Origin: the human T2T-CHM13v2.0 reference genome, Homo sapiens
NCBI RefSeq assembly: GCF_009914755.1
Contig: NC_060934.1
Reading direction: 5' to 3' (one strand)
DNA length: 64,000 nt
How positions within the stretch are numbered: the first letter of the stretch is position 1; the number at the start of each line of letters is the position of its first letter. Position numbers and translations under genes: made by a program. The notes beneath the pieces are model-generated. The model saw only the letters and a list, made by a program, of their open reading frames with translations, had not been told where the DNA came from and did no database searches. Shown in pieces: positions 33,429 to 46,787 of this stretch.

Positions 33429-35091
33429 GAATTGGTTCGAGGATTACCTCAAGTGCTTAATCAGTTTGGATTTGAAGGTCTTGGAGCATTTTAAGTGATA
33501 GATAAAATACGTATTTTAAAAAATTAGTCTTGGGCAGAATTGATTTGGCCTAAGTTATAATCTATGAAAATGACAATGTATGAAAGTTATAATGTATGAA
33601 AATCTTCTGATAAAATCTTAGCATTAATTGAAAATATTGTGTATGTTTTCTTGTCATGTATAAATCAGGAAAGTATTGTTTCTTGTCAACATAAACTTAA
33701 TAGCGTCTGATATTTGAGACTTATTGGTTAACTTTGAAATCTTCATGACCATTTTTTCTGGCAACTAGAACTAAAGAGACAATTGGCTCATAGAGCAAAA
33801 AATGAATGGAATTTAAGAGGAGAGGAAGGAGCTAGGATTTTGGATGCTCTTTTCATCCCTCATGAATATTGGAAAACTACATGACTTTGGAAGGATCTTT
33901 GGCATCAAACATAACTTAACTTTAATTTTGACTCTATCATTTTTTGGCTGTGCTGTCTTGGTGTAGCTACTTCTATCAATGTTGATTTCCTCATTAGTAA
34001 ATGAAAAGAAATTATGCCTCCTTCTCAAGATCATTGTATTAAATGAGATATACATGTATGCCACAATGCGTGGCAAATACTAGAGGCTCAACTGATGTTA
34101 TTTAGTTTTATTGTTGTTTTTGGTAAATGATGATATCAAGTGCAAAGGTCAGGTATAGAATACTCGCATAATAATGGTTGAACAAATTCTTATGATGACA
34201 ATCATTAGCTGTAGTTATTATTTTTCAAATCTCTAATAAAGAAAAGCGAAGTTGTATGGGTCAAGAAAAGCCCTGGTTGTCACCCTTAGACTCCTTTGGC
34301 TTTGAATTCATTACCTAGTGATCTCTCTTCCCATTAACAGTTCTATGGCTCTTATTCTGGCTGGGGGAAAGGGCATTGGTACAACCCACAATACAGGCAT
34401 ATCTTCTTTAATACAAAACCTGTATGTAGGAGCTATTTCTCACCACCTCCTTGAATTTGAGAGTAACTTCAGGCCGATCATTTTTCCAGCCTGGGATCCC
34501 AAGGTGAGAGATTAAGTGCTTTTGTCATTATTTCTTGGAGAGATAGGGATGTTCAGCCTCCTGAACTGTGAGCCAGAGGCTTTTTATATGGAAAGAGCAT
34601 TTTGATGTGAATTGTATTTTGTGAAATATGAATTTCAGCACCAAAATACTGTAGTCCTCACAGTTAACCTCTTGTTGAACATTAAATCAAATTATTGTTA
34701 CTGGGAAAACTCCATTACATTACAAAGCAGAGCCAAGATTCTCAGGTTTACAAGCTTCATGTGCTAATTACATTCTGCTGCCGACAGCATGGGTGAGACT
34801 CTAAGGACATTTGGTATTCTAGAAGCTTATTTTATGGAGCCAAATTTAATCAGAATGTGGGTGACAAAAATGGATCATGACGTTAATGATCTACTGCATT
34901 AGAGTCCAAGTTGTTCATTGAGCGAGTGAGAGTAATGTTGTACAAGGTTTTTTTTCCCAAGAAATATTATTTTTCCTTACCTCCCCCAAGCAGTTCTGAA
35001 TTGACCTTGGCAATGGAAACTAAAACCTCATTTAGGCCTGACAGAGAAGAGCTATGCCCTTACAGGTGCTAAGAGTATTGTTTGCTGGCTT

Positions 35092-35110
35092 TGAACACTA
35101 GATGGCAGAA
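35092..35110 (+). promoter_or_regulatory. Candidate CTCF-binding motif
   Basis: TGAACACTAGATGGCAGAA vs consensus TGRCCACYAGRKGGCRSYA; the core matches apart from one position. Confidence 0.45.
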
Positions 35111-38100
35111 ATGCTCTTGTTAAGATTTGCCAAGTTGTCAAGGAGAGCAGTTTTATTGACAGCAATGATGAGCTCTCTTAATTAGTCACCCATACACATG
35201 AAAGCCACACAGGATGCTCTAATCGAAAGGGAGATGTACTTTGCAGTCCATAGGGAACTAGTTTTTACAATACGAATGGTTTGGCCGAGGATGCTTTTTA
35301 TGAGGCCTGCCTATTCATTTCAGTAATGGAGTGGAGTCATCTAGGGCTTTGCTGCCCATTCATTAATGGGGAGTGTTAGGAGAAAAAGCCCTGACAGATC
35401 ATTGTGTTTGCTCCTGAAAATCTCTGCATATGAGTTTTGGTGCCCAAGAAAAGACTGAGAGAAATAGCTTACTGCATTTTTTTCTCTCTCATGGTTGAGA
35501 GGAATGATTTGCTTCACAGCAGAGAAACCTAATTAAAGAATGGACCTTAGTAATGATCTAATAACCAGAATCTTGTCCAAGTGGTACTCAGCTATGTTAC
35601 CATGCCTCAATATTATCTCTGACACTTTTTTGAAAAAAAAAAAGTAAGTGTCTCGTTATTACTCTAGCCACACAGAGTCAGAATCCCTGGAATATCTATA
35701 TTGAAAAGGTATGTGGATGATTCTGAAGTGCAGAATTTTTATCCTTTAGTAATATTTTTAATTCCAGAATCAGAGTCAACCCTCCGTATGCTAAGTGCAC
35801 TCGAAGGACCCAGTCTCCACAACAAAAAATTTTCTCTCAGCCTAACTGTAATGTGAATGTCTTCTCACTGGCCACTGGTTTGTATCAAAGACTCCTGGGA
35901 TAAAGTGTAACAGTTATATAGAATGTAAGTCATTAGCAGACTTTAGCTTTATAGATTCAAATGATTTGATAGATTTTTCAAAAGTGATAAGTAAAGCACT
36001 GACTTAAAGCACTGAATTTCTCAGGGTTGAGAAAGGATTTTGACCTTAAATTTTGAGAAATACGGGGCTGAGTAGAGTATGGCACTGATACCACTAGTCA
36101 CCTGGAAGGCAACATGTGAAGGGACTGGGGTTGTTATCAGGAAGGTGATGGGCTCTTGATCAGGAATTTGGAGGATACTTAAAAAAAGTCTTTGTCTGTT
36201 TTCTGACTCTACCATGGGCTGGCCAGGCTCTCTGCTGAGTATGAAAGAGCCCATTGAAAAGATATAATTTTAAGGACAGGAATGGAGAAGCTGCATCCAG
36301 TGGTTTCAATGGTACATTTAATCTCTAGGTGATCACAGAACAAAAGTCAAATCTTCTCATGTTGAACATTCACTTTTCTTTGTGTACAGGTTTTGGGGTT
36401 TTAGGAGTTGTTGGCGAGACTCTAAGACATTGAAATGAAAGGTTAAAAAGTGAAAAGTTCTATCAATCAGTCAAATGTGTGTGAGCCCAGTCTGCTTGAT
36501 TATACTTTTCTTGTTGAGTTGATCTGCTATTTTAGTGTTATGAAGGCACAGTTTAAATTGCCACTCAATTTAAGTAGATTGTGTCTAACACTAGTCACTT
36601 CGGTGAAAAAAAATCAGTTGAACTTATTATTTGATGCCATGAAATACCAAAAACTTCCCTGATTTACTTAGCTTTTGATTCTTAAGTACTGTGTTAGCAA
36701 GGAAGTCCTAGCTAATCTGTTATGAAAAAATATCCAGAGAAATACCATTTTCTATTTTGGAGAAAAAAACATATTTATTAACTATGAATTAACAAACTAC
36801 TCCTCTATTTATTCATTAAATTTTACCAGAATCTTTTTCTCTTAACAGCTGCAGTAACATATTCATTATTATAACTTCATGAAAAATAAACACTGAATTC
36901 AAGAAACACAATAAATGTCTATGCCAGAATACATTTTGTATTCTTAGCTTAATCAACGTCTTAAATACCTGCTTTAGAAAACAGACTTGATCGACTTTCC
37001 AATATTTACAGTGATCTTGATGCAGTTCATACATAATGGCTAGATTTCAGAAACACTAAAAGGGAGCATAAGATGTACAGGAAAGTTTCCTCACTGAAAA
37101 AGATATTCATGTTTTCACAGCAGCCTGACTTTTTAAGTTTTGCAGATTACTACTATGCAGGGCATAGAATTGGAGTGAGTAATCCTCCTCATTCACTGAT
37201 ACTCTGATTTGAAACTTTTGCTGAAACCTGAAGAAACATACATTTCCCAAGCTATATTTTTTTTATTGCAGGCATGTATAAAGACTGCAATTATTTCTCA
37301 AGGAGAACCTGTCATAAATACTACATTGGAAGTTAGTCCAACATTTATAGCTTTAGCTTGGAGTTGCAATTGCTGGCAATATGTAAACATATTTGCCATT
37401 AGTGTTGAATAATGCTCCCTCACAGTCACAGAGAACATTGTTCTGCATTTGTGCTTCTTAATCTTGTTGAATAAGAGCATTGCAATGCAAGAAGGCTCAT
37501 TGGCTAGTGTGGAAGTGGCAATGTGTTGCTTTTGAAAACTGGCTTGTAAATTTGTCCGGGTGAGCTGTTTTTATTAGTATGGTCACTGAAAGTATGGAAT
37601 CATCAGACAGTAAGCAACCATTGGTAAGTGAGGCAGATGATAAACCCTTATTTAACTCTCCATTTATTATTTGGTTACTGATTTGCCTGCTTGTACTAAA
37701 AACAAAGATGTACTTTACTCAGGAAGGAAATAAATTTCTCTCTTGTTTTTTATTTTTGTTAAATAATCAGTTATGAATAAGGGGCATCAGGTCAACATTT
37801 CATATATGCTAATGATTGATTGGATAAGAGAGTTCTTTTCTTTAGACCTTCACCTTTGATTTCTAAATGAAAGGTGCTTTCAAAGACTGGCTGCCTGAAA
37901 TAACACATGATGAATTTACATTACTCTATGGTTTCTTCAGGTAGGTGTGAATGCTTCTTATCAGGTGTGCCAATAAGTCATTTTGTCAAATGTGTAATTG
38001 AAACGTCAATGGAGTGGATGAACTCTGTGTAAATATTCAGCTCATCATGTAGTAGCAGGTAATAGAATCATTATTTTGCTAGATTTGAGCTATAGTGATT

Positions 38101-39175
38101 GGATCGAGGGACACTTTGAAACAGGAGAAAATCACTAACATCATTTGACATCATTCCACTTGGAAGTGGAAAAGTGATTCTATGTAAGGAAGACCTCTCT
38201 CACTCATTTCAGTCATCCTTAAATCATAGCATTATATGTCCTTGGAACAACTTTGTGTTCAGTTTTTGCAGTAAAGTCAGATAGGCTTAATGTCCTTTTA
38301 ATTACCTTATGAATTTCAGGTAGTAGTTGTAAATTGATGTCTTAATATTTACTGTTAGGGAAGTTTCGTTTACCCTGCATACTTCTGGTCTGCAATTTTT
38401 AAAAAAATTTTATTGGTCATTCCCAACACTTACAATTCATACATTTTTAATTAAGTCCATGTTTTTGGTTTCAAGTCCATGTTTTTGGTTTCTTTAAAAT
38501 AATGAACAATATGACAACACTGGCTCTGTGTTTATACAAACATAGATTGGAGTTACATAGCAGCTGCCACATTTAGACAGAAGAAGAAAAGTTCTTCGGT
38601 CTGCCACATTCTCCTGTCTTTCTTAATTTTTGCTCTGAGATTGCTAGCCTCCATTTCTTATCATGCTTGCATTGTTGTATTTGTGATAGTAGAGCTAAAA
38701 GGGAAATAAAACATTTCCCACAAAAATTGCTTATCAGAAGTGGGAAAATGAAAGCCAGAGGGAGAAGATCATATGTTTTCAGAAACAGTCATGGGATTTT
38801 CTTGTGAAATCTGTTTTTTCTAGATTTCTTCCATCTACTAATCTATGAGGCAAAAATGTCCACATTCAAAACCTGCTCCAGGCGGCTTTGCTCCATGTTT
38901 CAAACCTTCTTCCTCCACCCATGTTTAGTATGGAGACCACCGATACCTTGCTTTGTGGCACTGATACCTCATAGACTCTCAGGGACACGATTGCTCTTTC
39001 TAACTATAAGAAGTACTGATGACAACTGCCAAAGCTCTCCCAGTATGCTTAGTTTTTCTTTTGCTTAGTTTTGTATATTTTCAAAGAAAATCTGTGATTT
39101 TTCACCCTGGCATAGAACAATTTACACCCTGATTTTGTTTTACAAATTACAGAGCAGATAGACATAATAGGCAAT

Positions 39176-39180
<5 letters not shown>

Positions 39181-39207
<27 letters not shown>
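39181..39207. repeat. (TG)n microsatellite
   Basis: ~13 TG units. Confidence 0.95.
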
Positions 39208-39877
39208 ACAGTATTTCATGATTCTTTACCTATCATTCCTGGTCACTCTCTAGAAACTGTATTATGATCATATAGATTCTGGAACCAATCAGACGTAGAC
39301 TTCTAGTTCAAATGTTGCTGAAGACCTGAGTTCAGAGAAGGAAGATGGACAAAATTATAATCAGAGAGAAATGCTGCTTCTGTTATTTGTGAGAATTGTA
39401 ATAGTGCAAGGAGTGAGATTAAGATGTTATTTAAAAAGGAAAAAAAATCTGGTTAATATAGTCCAAGTTCCCAAAGAGAATATATACTGCCAGAGTAAAA
39501 ATAATAAATGTAAGGGCATTTTCCATTATGCAGTGAACTTGGCCTGAAAACACGGTGTAGAACTTGATTATATATACACAGAAATTATCTGTCTACACCA
39601 AGGACAGGCTTGGGGCTCTCTTACCAACGTAGCATTTATATATGTAGTCTCATCTACTTCCTTCTTCCCAACCCCATAACTGACTCTAGATCTTCCTGCT
39701 TTAACGGCAAGGTCAGAGATAACTAGAGAAGCAGCATCAGCAACTCTCAGGTCCATTTTTCATCACCAATGAAATGGAATAAAGCAGGTATAAGAGGAAG
39801 AAGGCAGCTAAGTGAAACAGATGACCAGGTTTTTAGCCTGTCTCTGCTTTACTTCTCAGGCTTCATGGAGCAAGTAT

Positions 39878-41011
39878 CAGGTGAATATATCTTTATACAC
39901 ATGATATTTAACAACTTTGAAAGATATGCATCCCAGGGCATCAGTCTAATCCACAGACAAACTCCTCCCCTCTGAGGATGAATTAAGTGCAACCTCTGCA
40001 AAAACAACAACAACCCTAAGTTAAACATGTGTTTGTATGTGTGTGTGTGTACACACACTGATTATAAATTATATTGATATAAAGGATGTATAACACTCAA
40101 TTTCTAAATAATAACAAAATATATGATAGTCTCCATTATAAATTCCACATTGCCAGTTGATTCTTATGGAACATTTTCATTGATTTTTGCCCAACTCTTG
40201 TATCTGTAGTGAAACTATGGTTGTAATTGATGGATGAGTATAGTTCTGACATAAATGCTGGTTGTAACTCTTATTTACCTTAATGAGTAAGATGAAAAGG
40301 AAACAACAAGGATGTATACCCATACTTTACTAATGTTTCATGGAAGTGAGTGGCTTTGCTGAATGAATCAAAATATAATTTGTGAATACAGTACAACTAC
40401 ATCCTCAATGTTTTGTACTATTTATAATGTAAAAGCTGCATACATAACAAGTTTTTTAACTTCAATATGCAGTATTAACATCTTTTACATCTACAGTTCT
40501 AGTCAGGAATAAATGACAGTCTGTGTGACAGTGCTCAGCACACAGCCTAGCAGATACTAAGTACTTATTCAATGGTAGTATTCCTCCTCTTCTTTCCGCA
40601 TGTCCTCAAAACCAGCTCACCAAACAGCATCATGAAACATGCACCAGGAAATAGCAAAGCCAGCATGCCAGTGTCTTAGTCTATTTGCTGCTGCTATACC
40701 AGAATATCACAGACTGGGTAACATAACAAGGAGGAAAATTTATTTCTCCCAGTTTTGGAGACTGGGAAGGCCAAGAGTACTGCATCTTGTGAGGGCCTTC
40801 ATGCTGTGTTATCCCATGGTGGAAGACAAAGAGGAAGGTGAGACAGAGAGAGGCAATCAGTCCAAACTTGTGTTTTCATCAGAAACTCATTCCCTAGATG
40901 GTGGCTCCTCCTCCTAGAGGGGAGGAGTTTGTCTATGGATTAGACTGATGCCCTGGGATGTACATCTTTCAAAGTTGTTAAATATCATGTGTATAAAGAA
41001 ATATTCACCTG
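39878..41011. repeat. 96-bp inverted repeat pair (39878-39973 / 40916-41011)
   Basis: Reverse-complement match 92/96, no gaps. Confidence 0.95.
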
Positions 41012-41136
41012 GCTTTTATTCATGAGGGTGGAGTCCTTATAACCTAACCACCTCTTAAAGATCCCACCTCTCAATACTGTTACAATAGCAATTACATTTC
41101 AAAATGAGTTTTGGAGGGGACATTCAAACCATAGCT
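40672..41136 (-). mobile_element. MaLR solo LTR (MSTC/MLT1A-like) carrying a non-LTR 96-bp insert
   Basis: tgtcttagtctatttgctgctgctatacc...gggacattcaaaccatagc; degenerate TSD gccag/gttag. Confidence 0.85.
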
Positions 41137-41949
41137 GTTAGGAAAAATAGTAGTTATTAATATTTACTAAACACTTATCATAGGCTAGTCACTTCTCACG
41201 TGTAATTTATTTTAATATTTACAGTAATGCTATGAGGTAGGCACTATCAGTATATCAATCTACAAGTGGGTAAATTGAGGGCAGAGATATTAAGTAAATT
41301 TCTAAAATTCATATGGTCAAAATATGGAAGAATAACTCTCCTCTGATTTTGTAACCCACAATCTTAGAAACTGTTTTATAAAGATATGACATAAAATAAT
41401 ATTGAAGAATTTGTAAAATATGAATTTTTAAAATAAGTTTATGTTCCAATATTGAAATTAAAATAATAAAATAAATCTCCTATTCCTTTATTGACACACA
41501 CACACAAAAAGTACCAGGATATGCACAGAAGACACTCTTTGCCCCTGTTTTTTCTTAGTCGGCTCAGTCACAGGCCATTGGTGGTCTCTCTGGACTCTGG
41601 CTTCCTCCTTCACAGCTTTAGCCAAGTGTGTTTCCCTTTAAAAGTGATATTGCTCCTTGGCACCATTAATTACCTCTGAAATTGGAAAAAAATTCGGCTC
41701 CAACTTTCTTATATATTTCATTTTTCCAAAATCTCAGGAGATAAAAACACATAAGAATTAAAGCACCAGTTATTTTTTAGCTGCAGTAATTTGCAACTTA
41801 AGAAACCATTTTGTTACAGTATACCCAAGCCAAAGTATTAATCTCAGGACATAGCAAATATTTCGTTCTAGATCTTGTTGCTATAGATCATGCCAAACTT
41901 TTATCTTGGAGAAAAATAATATATAGAAAAATCAGAAGAAAGCAAAGTT

Positions 41950-42420
41950 TATATAATATATATGTGTGTACCTATATAATTTCTCTATGTGTGTGGATGT
42001 ACATATGTATATATGTGTGTGGTTATATATGTGTATGTATATGTAAATACACATATATACATATATACACAACCACACACATATATATATTTACATATGT
42101 AGGCGGCCCTTTGTATTTTTGGATTCTGCATCCATGAATTCAATTATGGATGCAAAATAGTTGAGGAAAAAAATTGCATCTGTATTGAAAATGTATAGAC
42201 TTTTTCTTGTTTGTATTCCCTAAACAATATAGTATAACAACTATTTACATAGCATTTACATTGCACTCAGTATTATAAATAATCTAGAGATTATTTAAAG
42301 TATGTGGAAGGATGTGGGAAGGGATGACTGTATTTAATTGTGTGTATAATTATGTATATATGTGTATATGTGTGTGTGTGTGTGTGTGTATAGATAGAGA
42401 GAGAGATAAGAGAGATAGAT
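41950..42420 (-). mobile_element. Truncated MER2 (~42100-42325) flanked by TA/TG/GA low-complexity microsatellites
   Basis: Reverse complement of the MER2 at 30186-30521 (gcatctgtattgaaaatgtatagact...tattataaataatctagagat); (TG)n(GA)n at 42340-42420. Confidence 0.75.
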
Positions 42421-43474
42421 CTTTCCAAATCTGTCAATTTTCTTAAGTCTAGGACCTGTGAGTGAAATCTCAACTGAGAGAAGTCCTCCCTCAGGAAGTT
42501 AATGATGACATAGTAGCCCTTATTCTTGGGACAGAGTTGGGGGACCACAACCAATGCATATTAACTCATCTCTAAAAATGACATGTAAAACATTTTAATA
42601 TTTAAAAATCTGCTATAGTGCAATTGCAAATCCTCAGAATTTCCGTCATGTTGCCTTCTTCCTTGTGATGTTCATTAATATATGTAAAACCTATGTCCTT
42701 TCAATTTCCTCTTAGCCCCTCCTGGCATTCCAGTGCTGTATTAAGAGGACCTCCATCTAGGAATGAACTTTAATTCTATATCTCTAATAGGCACATCTTC
42801 AAAAAGAGTTCAGAAGCTTTGTTGGTGTTGAGTCCCGCTGTAGAATTACTTAAGACTTTGGTTTATTTCTAACGGAGTACCCCTTACCACATATTTAACT
42901 GATCCAGTTGTTTTCCTATTTTCTTTACTTAGAACACTATTCTTGGTTCCTTCTTTGATTTCGTCTGATCTGCAAACATCTTCATTATTTAAAACCTGGA
43001 GCATGTGAACACTGTTCTTTAAAATCAATAAAATTTATAAGCAGATCTTTTTTTCAGGAGAGAGCAAGTCTTCAGAACTGTTCTGAACTCTTTAACCTCT
43101 GGAAAGTGCACCTGAAGAGAGAATGTGCCCATTTGCACTTAAACATAACTCCTGTTAAATCTTCACTTCCTGGAACTATGATTCAATGACCTGCCCTATC
43201 CATTATATGAGATCAAAGAAAAGCCAAGGGGGGAGGACAGAGAGGAGCCATCAGCTTTCCCTGATTTTCACACTAGATAGCACAGTTATTAAAATCATAC
43301 ATCAATCAAGCACCCACACTACCTTTCAATAAACCGTTTCCCTAATGTCTCACTTCTTGAGCATACCCTTTCTCATCTCCACCTCTAGAGAATAATACCT
43401 TCTCTCTAAAAGTAAGGAAAATTAGCCCCTACCACATCTTTGCCTCAGATTATCTTGCAATCTTGTGAACCAAA

Positions 43475-43690
43475 GTAGTGTAGTGATTAAAGGCACACAC
43501 TTTCTGTTCATAATCTGGCTCTGCAACTTAATAGCCATGCAAATTTGTTCAAGCCTCCATTTCCTTTTGGGAAGAGTAGAGATATTTGTTAATAAATGTA
43601 CCCAGCTCATAGCATTTCCATGGGAATGAAATATGATACTGAAGCTCCTAGCATAGTATCTGCCCAAAGTGGGGAATTAGATGAATGCTG
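43475..43690 (+). mobile_element. MIR SINE remnant. Similar MIR remnants lie at ~11580-11770, 30590-30870, 32390-32610, 33900-34110, 41140-41370 and 43960-44130
   Basis: MIR core-like motifs (gtgtagtgattaa...ggttcataatctggctctg...gcctccatttcc...cctagcatagtatctg). Confidence 0.55.
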
Positions 43691-45303
43691 TGTATCTCCT
43701 TTCCCTTCTCCTTTTCCTCTTACTTCATAATATTTGTCTTTGTTGTCACATGTATACATTTATTTTCTTGTCTTCATCTTTAGCAGCATTATGATTTCTG
43801 CATGAGGCAAAGTAGTGGGAAGCAAGAGGATTCAAAGAAAGAAATATATTGTGTGTGTGTGTTTGGGGTGGGGGGAGAATACTCAGAAAATGTAGGAAAT
43901 TTTATTGTTCATGCTAATAATCAATAATTCTAACCATTGTTGGAGTATTTACTAGATTGTAATTACTGGTGAGGTCCTTATATGCATTACTAGTATTTGA
44001 TTCTCACAACTTTTTAGGATAGATAATATTACCTTTAACTGCGAAGAGGATAACTAAATCCCAGAAGAAATAAGCGCAGATGGACATCTACGAAATGTTG
44101 AGTGATAAATAAAGCCAAATCTCACTGTGTCAATATTTATCCTGTTTATATACCCCGACTCTATAAAAAGAATAAAAGAACAAATGGAAAGGAGTGGGGA
44201 AAGGAAAGTTCATAGGAAAAGAGAAGAATGAAGAAGAGAGGCTGGAGGTAGAGGAAGATGGTCAAAGATAACCCTCTAGTGATCATCCCTCCTGCAGGAA
44301 CATCAAATTGAATAACCATCCATGCAAGAAAGCACCTTTATAAGAACTAAAAAATCAGGTAAGAGATCAGTTTCTGGTTGTAATGTAATAGGATGGAAAC
44401 ATGCATGGAAGAGGGTAGGAAAGAGTTTCAGTTGCCTACACCACCCCTCCCCCAACAGGCAGTGCAGCCCAGAGAGGCAATCTGTGCACTCAAGAGAGGG
44501 AGAGCAAAGTGACTGTGGGATTTTGTATTAGAACTCAGTCCCACCTTGTCACAGTGGAACACAACACTGAAAAGAATCCTGCCATTGCCCATAGAGAAAG
44601 CATTTAGATCACCCCTGGGCTAGAGGGGAGTCTGCCACTCCTGGAGGAGAAACCCAATTTCCAGCCTTCTTAACTACTGGCTCACTAAAGTGGCCTTGGG
44701 ACCTGAATAAATTTTAATGGCAGCCAGGCATAGCAACTGCTGTTCTTAGGAAAGCCCTGGTGCTGCACTGGTCTTGGAGGCTGTGGTCCTAGGGTGTGAT
44801 CCAGTGTGACATCAGCTGTGGCAGCCACAGGAGTGCCTGCATCACTCCTCCCCCAACTCCAGACAGTACAGTGCAGAAAAACTCCTTCCACTTAAGGGAA
44901 GGAGAGGGAAGGAGAGCAAAGAGTAGAGACTTTGTCTTGCAAGTGGGTACCAGCCCAGCTACAGTAAAACAAAGCATCAGGCAGGATCCCAAAGCCCCTG
45001 ATTTCAGGTTGTTACTCCAGGATAACACTTCTAGTTGTACCCTGGGCCAAAAGGAAATCTTCTGCCCTGGTGGAGCAGACACAAGGTCCCCCCATCCCGC
45101 AAGCTTCAACGTCTCTGACTAAAAATGGCTTCAGGCCTTGAATAAACATCAGTGTCAGGCAGAAACAATCATGGGCTTTGGGTGAGCCCTGGCATTGTGC
45201 TGGTCTGAGAGACTATAGGCTTTGAGTACAACCCAGCATAGTGCCAGCTGCGGTGCCTATGACAGTGCCTACATCATCCCTCCTCCAACTGCAGGAAACA
45301 TAG

Positions 45304-45306
<3 letters not shown>

Positions 45307-45350
<44 letters not shown>

Positions 45351-45358
45351 AGAGAGAC
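45307..45358. repeat. (CA)n(GA)n compound microsatellite
   Basis: ~20 CA units followed by GA units. Confidence 0.95.
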
Positions 45359-46650
45359 TCCTTTCACTTGAGAGAAAGAGAAGAAAGTAAAGGACTTTGC
45401 CTGAGAACACAGATAATTCTCCCTTACCTTTCCCAAGTCCATCAGTGCTGATATCTAGAAATAACCAGTATCACAGTGTAGGCTTAGAGAGCCCTCTAGT
45501 ACTGAAATGGGTGCAGTTACCATGGGCTTAGGTAACTCAATACTCAACTTCCTATGACTTCTTAGAAGGCCCTCTGTAGAAGTATGAATACACACAAAAC
45601 CAGACTGTGAAGACTGAAATAAATACCTAACTCCTAAATGCCCAGACATCCACAAATATTCACAAGCATAAAGAATATTCAGGAAAATATGACCTCACAA
45701 AATGAACTAGATAGGGTACCAGTGACCAATCCTGGAATAATGGAGAAATATGAATGCTCAGACAGACAATTGAAAATAATTATTTTAGGGAAATTTAACA
45801 AATGTTCAGCAAGCACGGAGAAGAAATTAAGGAATGCATCAGAGAAATTCAACAAAAATATTGAGGTAATTTAAAAAAACAAAAATTCTGGAGCTGTAAA
45901 ATTCAATTGATGAACTGAAAAATGCATCAGATTGTCTCAAAAGCAGAATTGATCAAGCAGAAGAAATAATTAGCTTGAAGACAGGCTGAAAATACAGAAA
46001 GGAGAAAAACGAAAAGGTACACTTACAAGATCTAGAAAGTAACCACATAAGGGCAAATCTAAGAATTATTGACCTTAAAGAGGAAGTAAAGGAATAAATT
46101 AAGACAGAAAGTTTATTCAAAAAATAATAACAGATAACTTGTCAAACCTAGAGGAAAGTAAGAATAACCAGGTGAAAAGGTCAACAAACACCAAGAAGAC
46201 TCAACCCAAATCAGATACTACAAGGAATGTAATAATCTAACTCTCAAAGGGCAAGGGCAAAGAAAGTACCCTAAAAGCAGCAAGAGAAAATAAGTAAATA
46301 ACGTATAATGAAGCTATGATACATCTGGGAGTAAATTTCTTGGCAAAAGTTTACAGGCCAGGAGGGAGTGGAATGACACATTAAAAGTGGTAAAGAAAAA
46401 AATAACTTTGAACCTAAAATACTGTACTCCAAAAAGCTATCCTTCAAACACATAGGAGAAATAAAGACTTTCCCAGACAAACAAAAGTGAATGGAATTCA
46501 TCATTACCAGACTTGTCTTACAAACAATACTACAGGGGACTCTTTGATCTGAAATAAAAGAATGCTGACATGCAACAGGAAATCATCTGAAAGAATAAAG
46601 CTCATTGATAAAAGTAAGTACACAGACAGATTAAGAATACTCTAATGCTG

Positions 46651-46787
46651 GATATACCTAAAGTAAATGACAAGCTAACGGGTGCAGCACACCAGCATGG
46701 CAGGCACATGTATACATATGTAACAAACCTGCACGTTGTATACATGTACCCTAGAACTTCCTAGAACTTAAAGTATAATAAAACAAA
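46651..46787 (+). mobile_element. 137-bp 5'-truncated L1PA 3' tip
   Basis: gggtgcagcacaccagcatggc...gaacttaaagtataataaaa; perfect 18-bp TSD aagaatactctaatgctg (46633-46650 / 46788-46805) at a TT|AAGA endonuclease site. Confidence 0.93.

Noticed and set aside
30186-42325. Long-range inverted similarity between ~30.3-30.5 kb and ~42.1-42.3 kb
   Set aside because: Two independent MER2 copies in opposite orientation.
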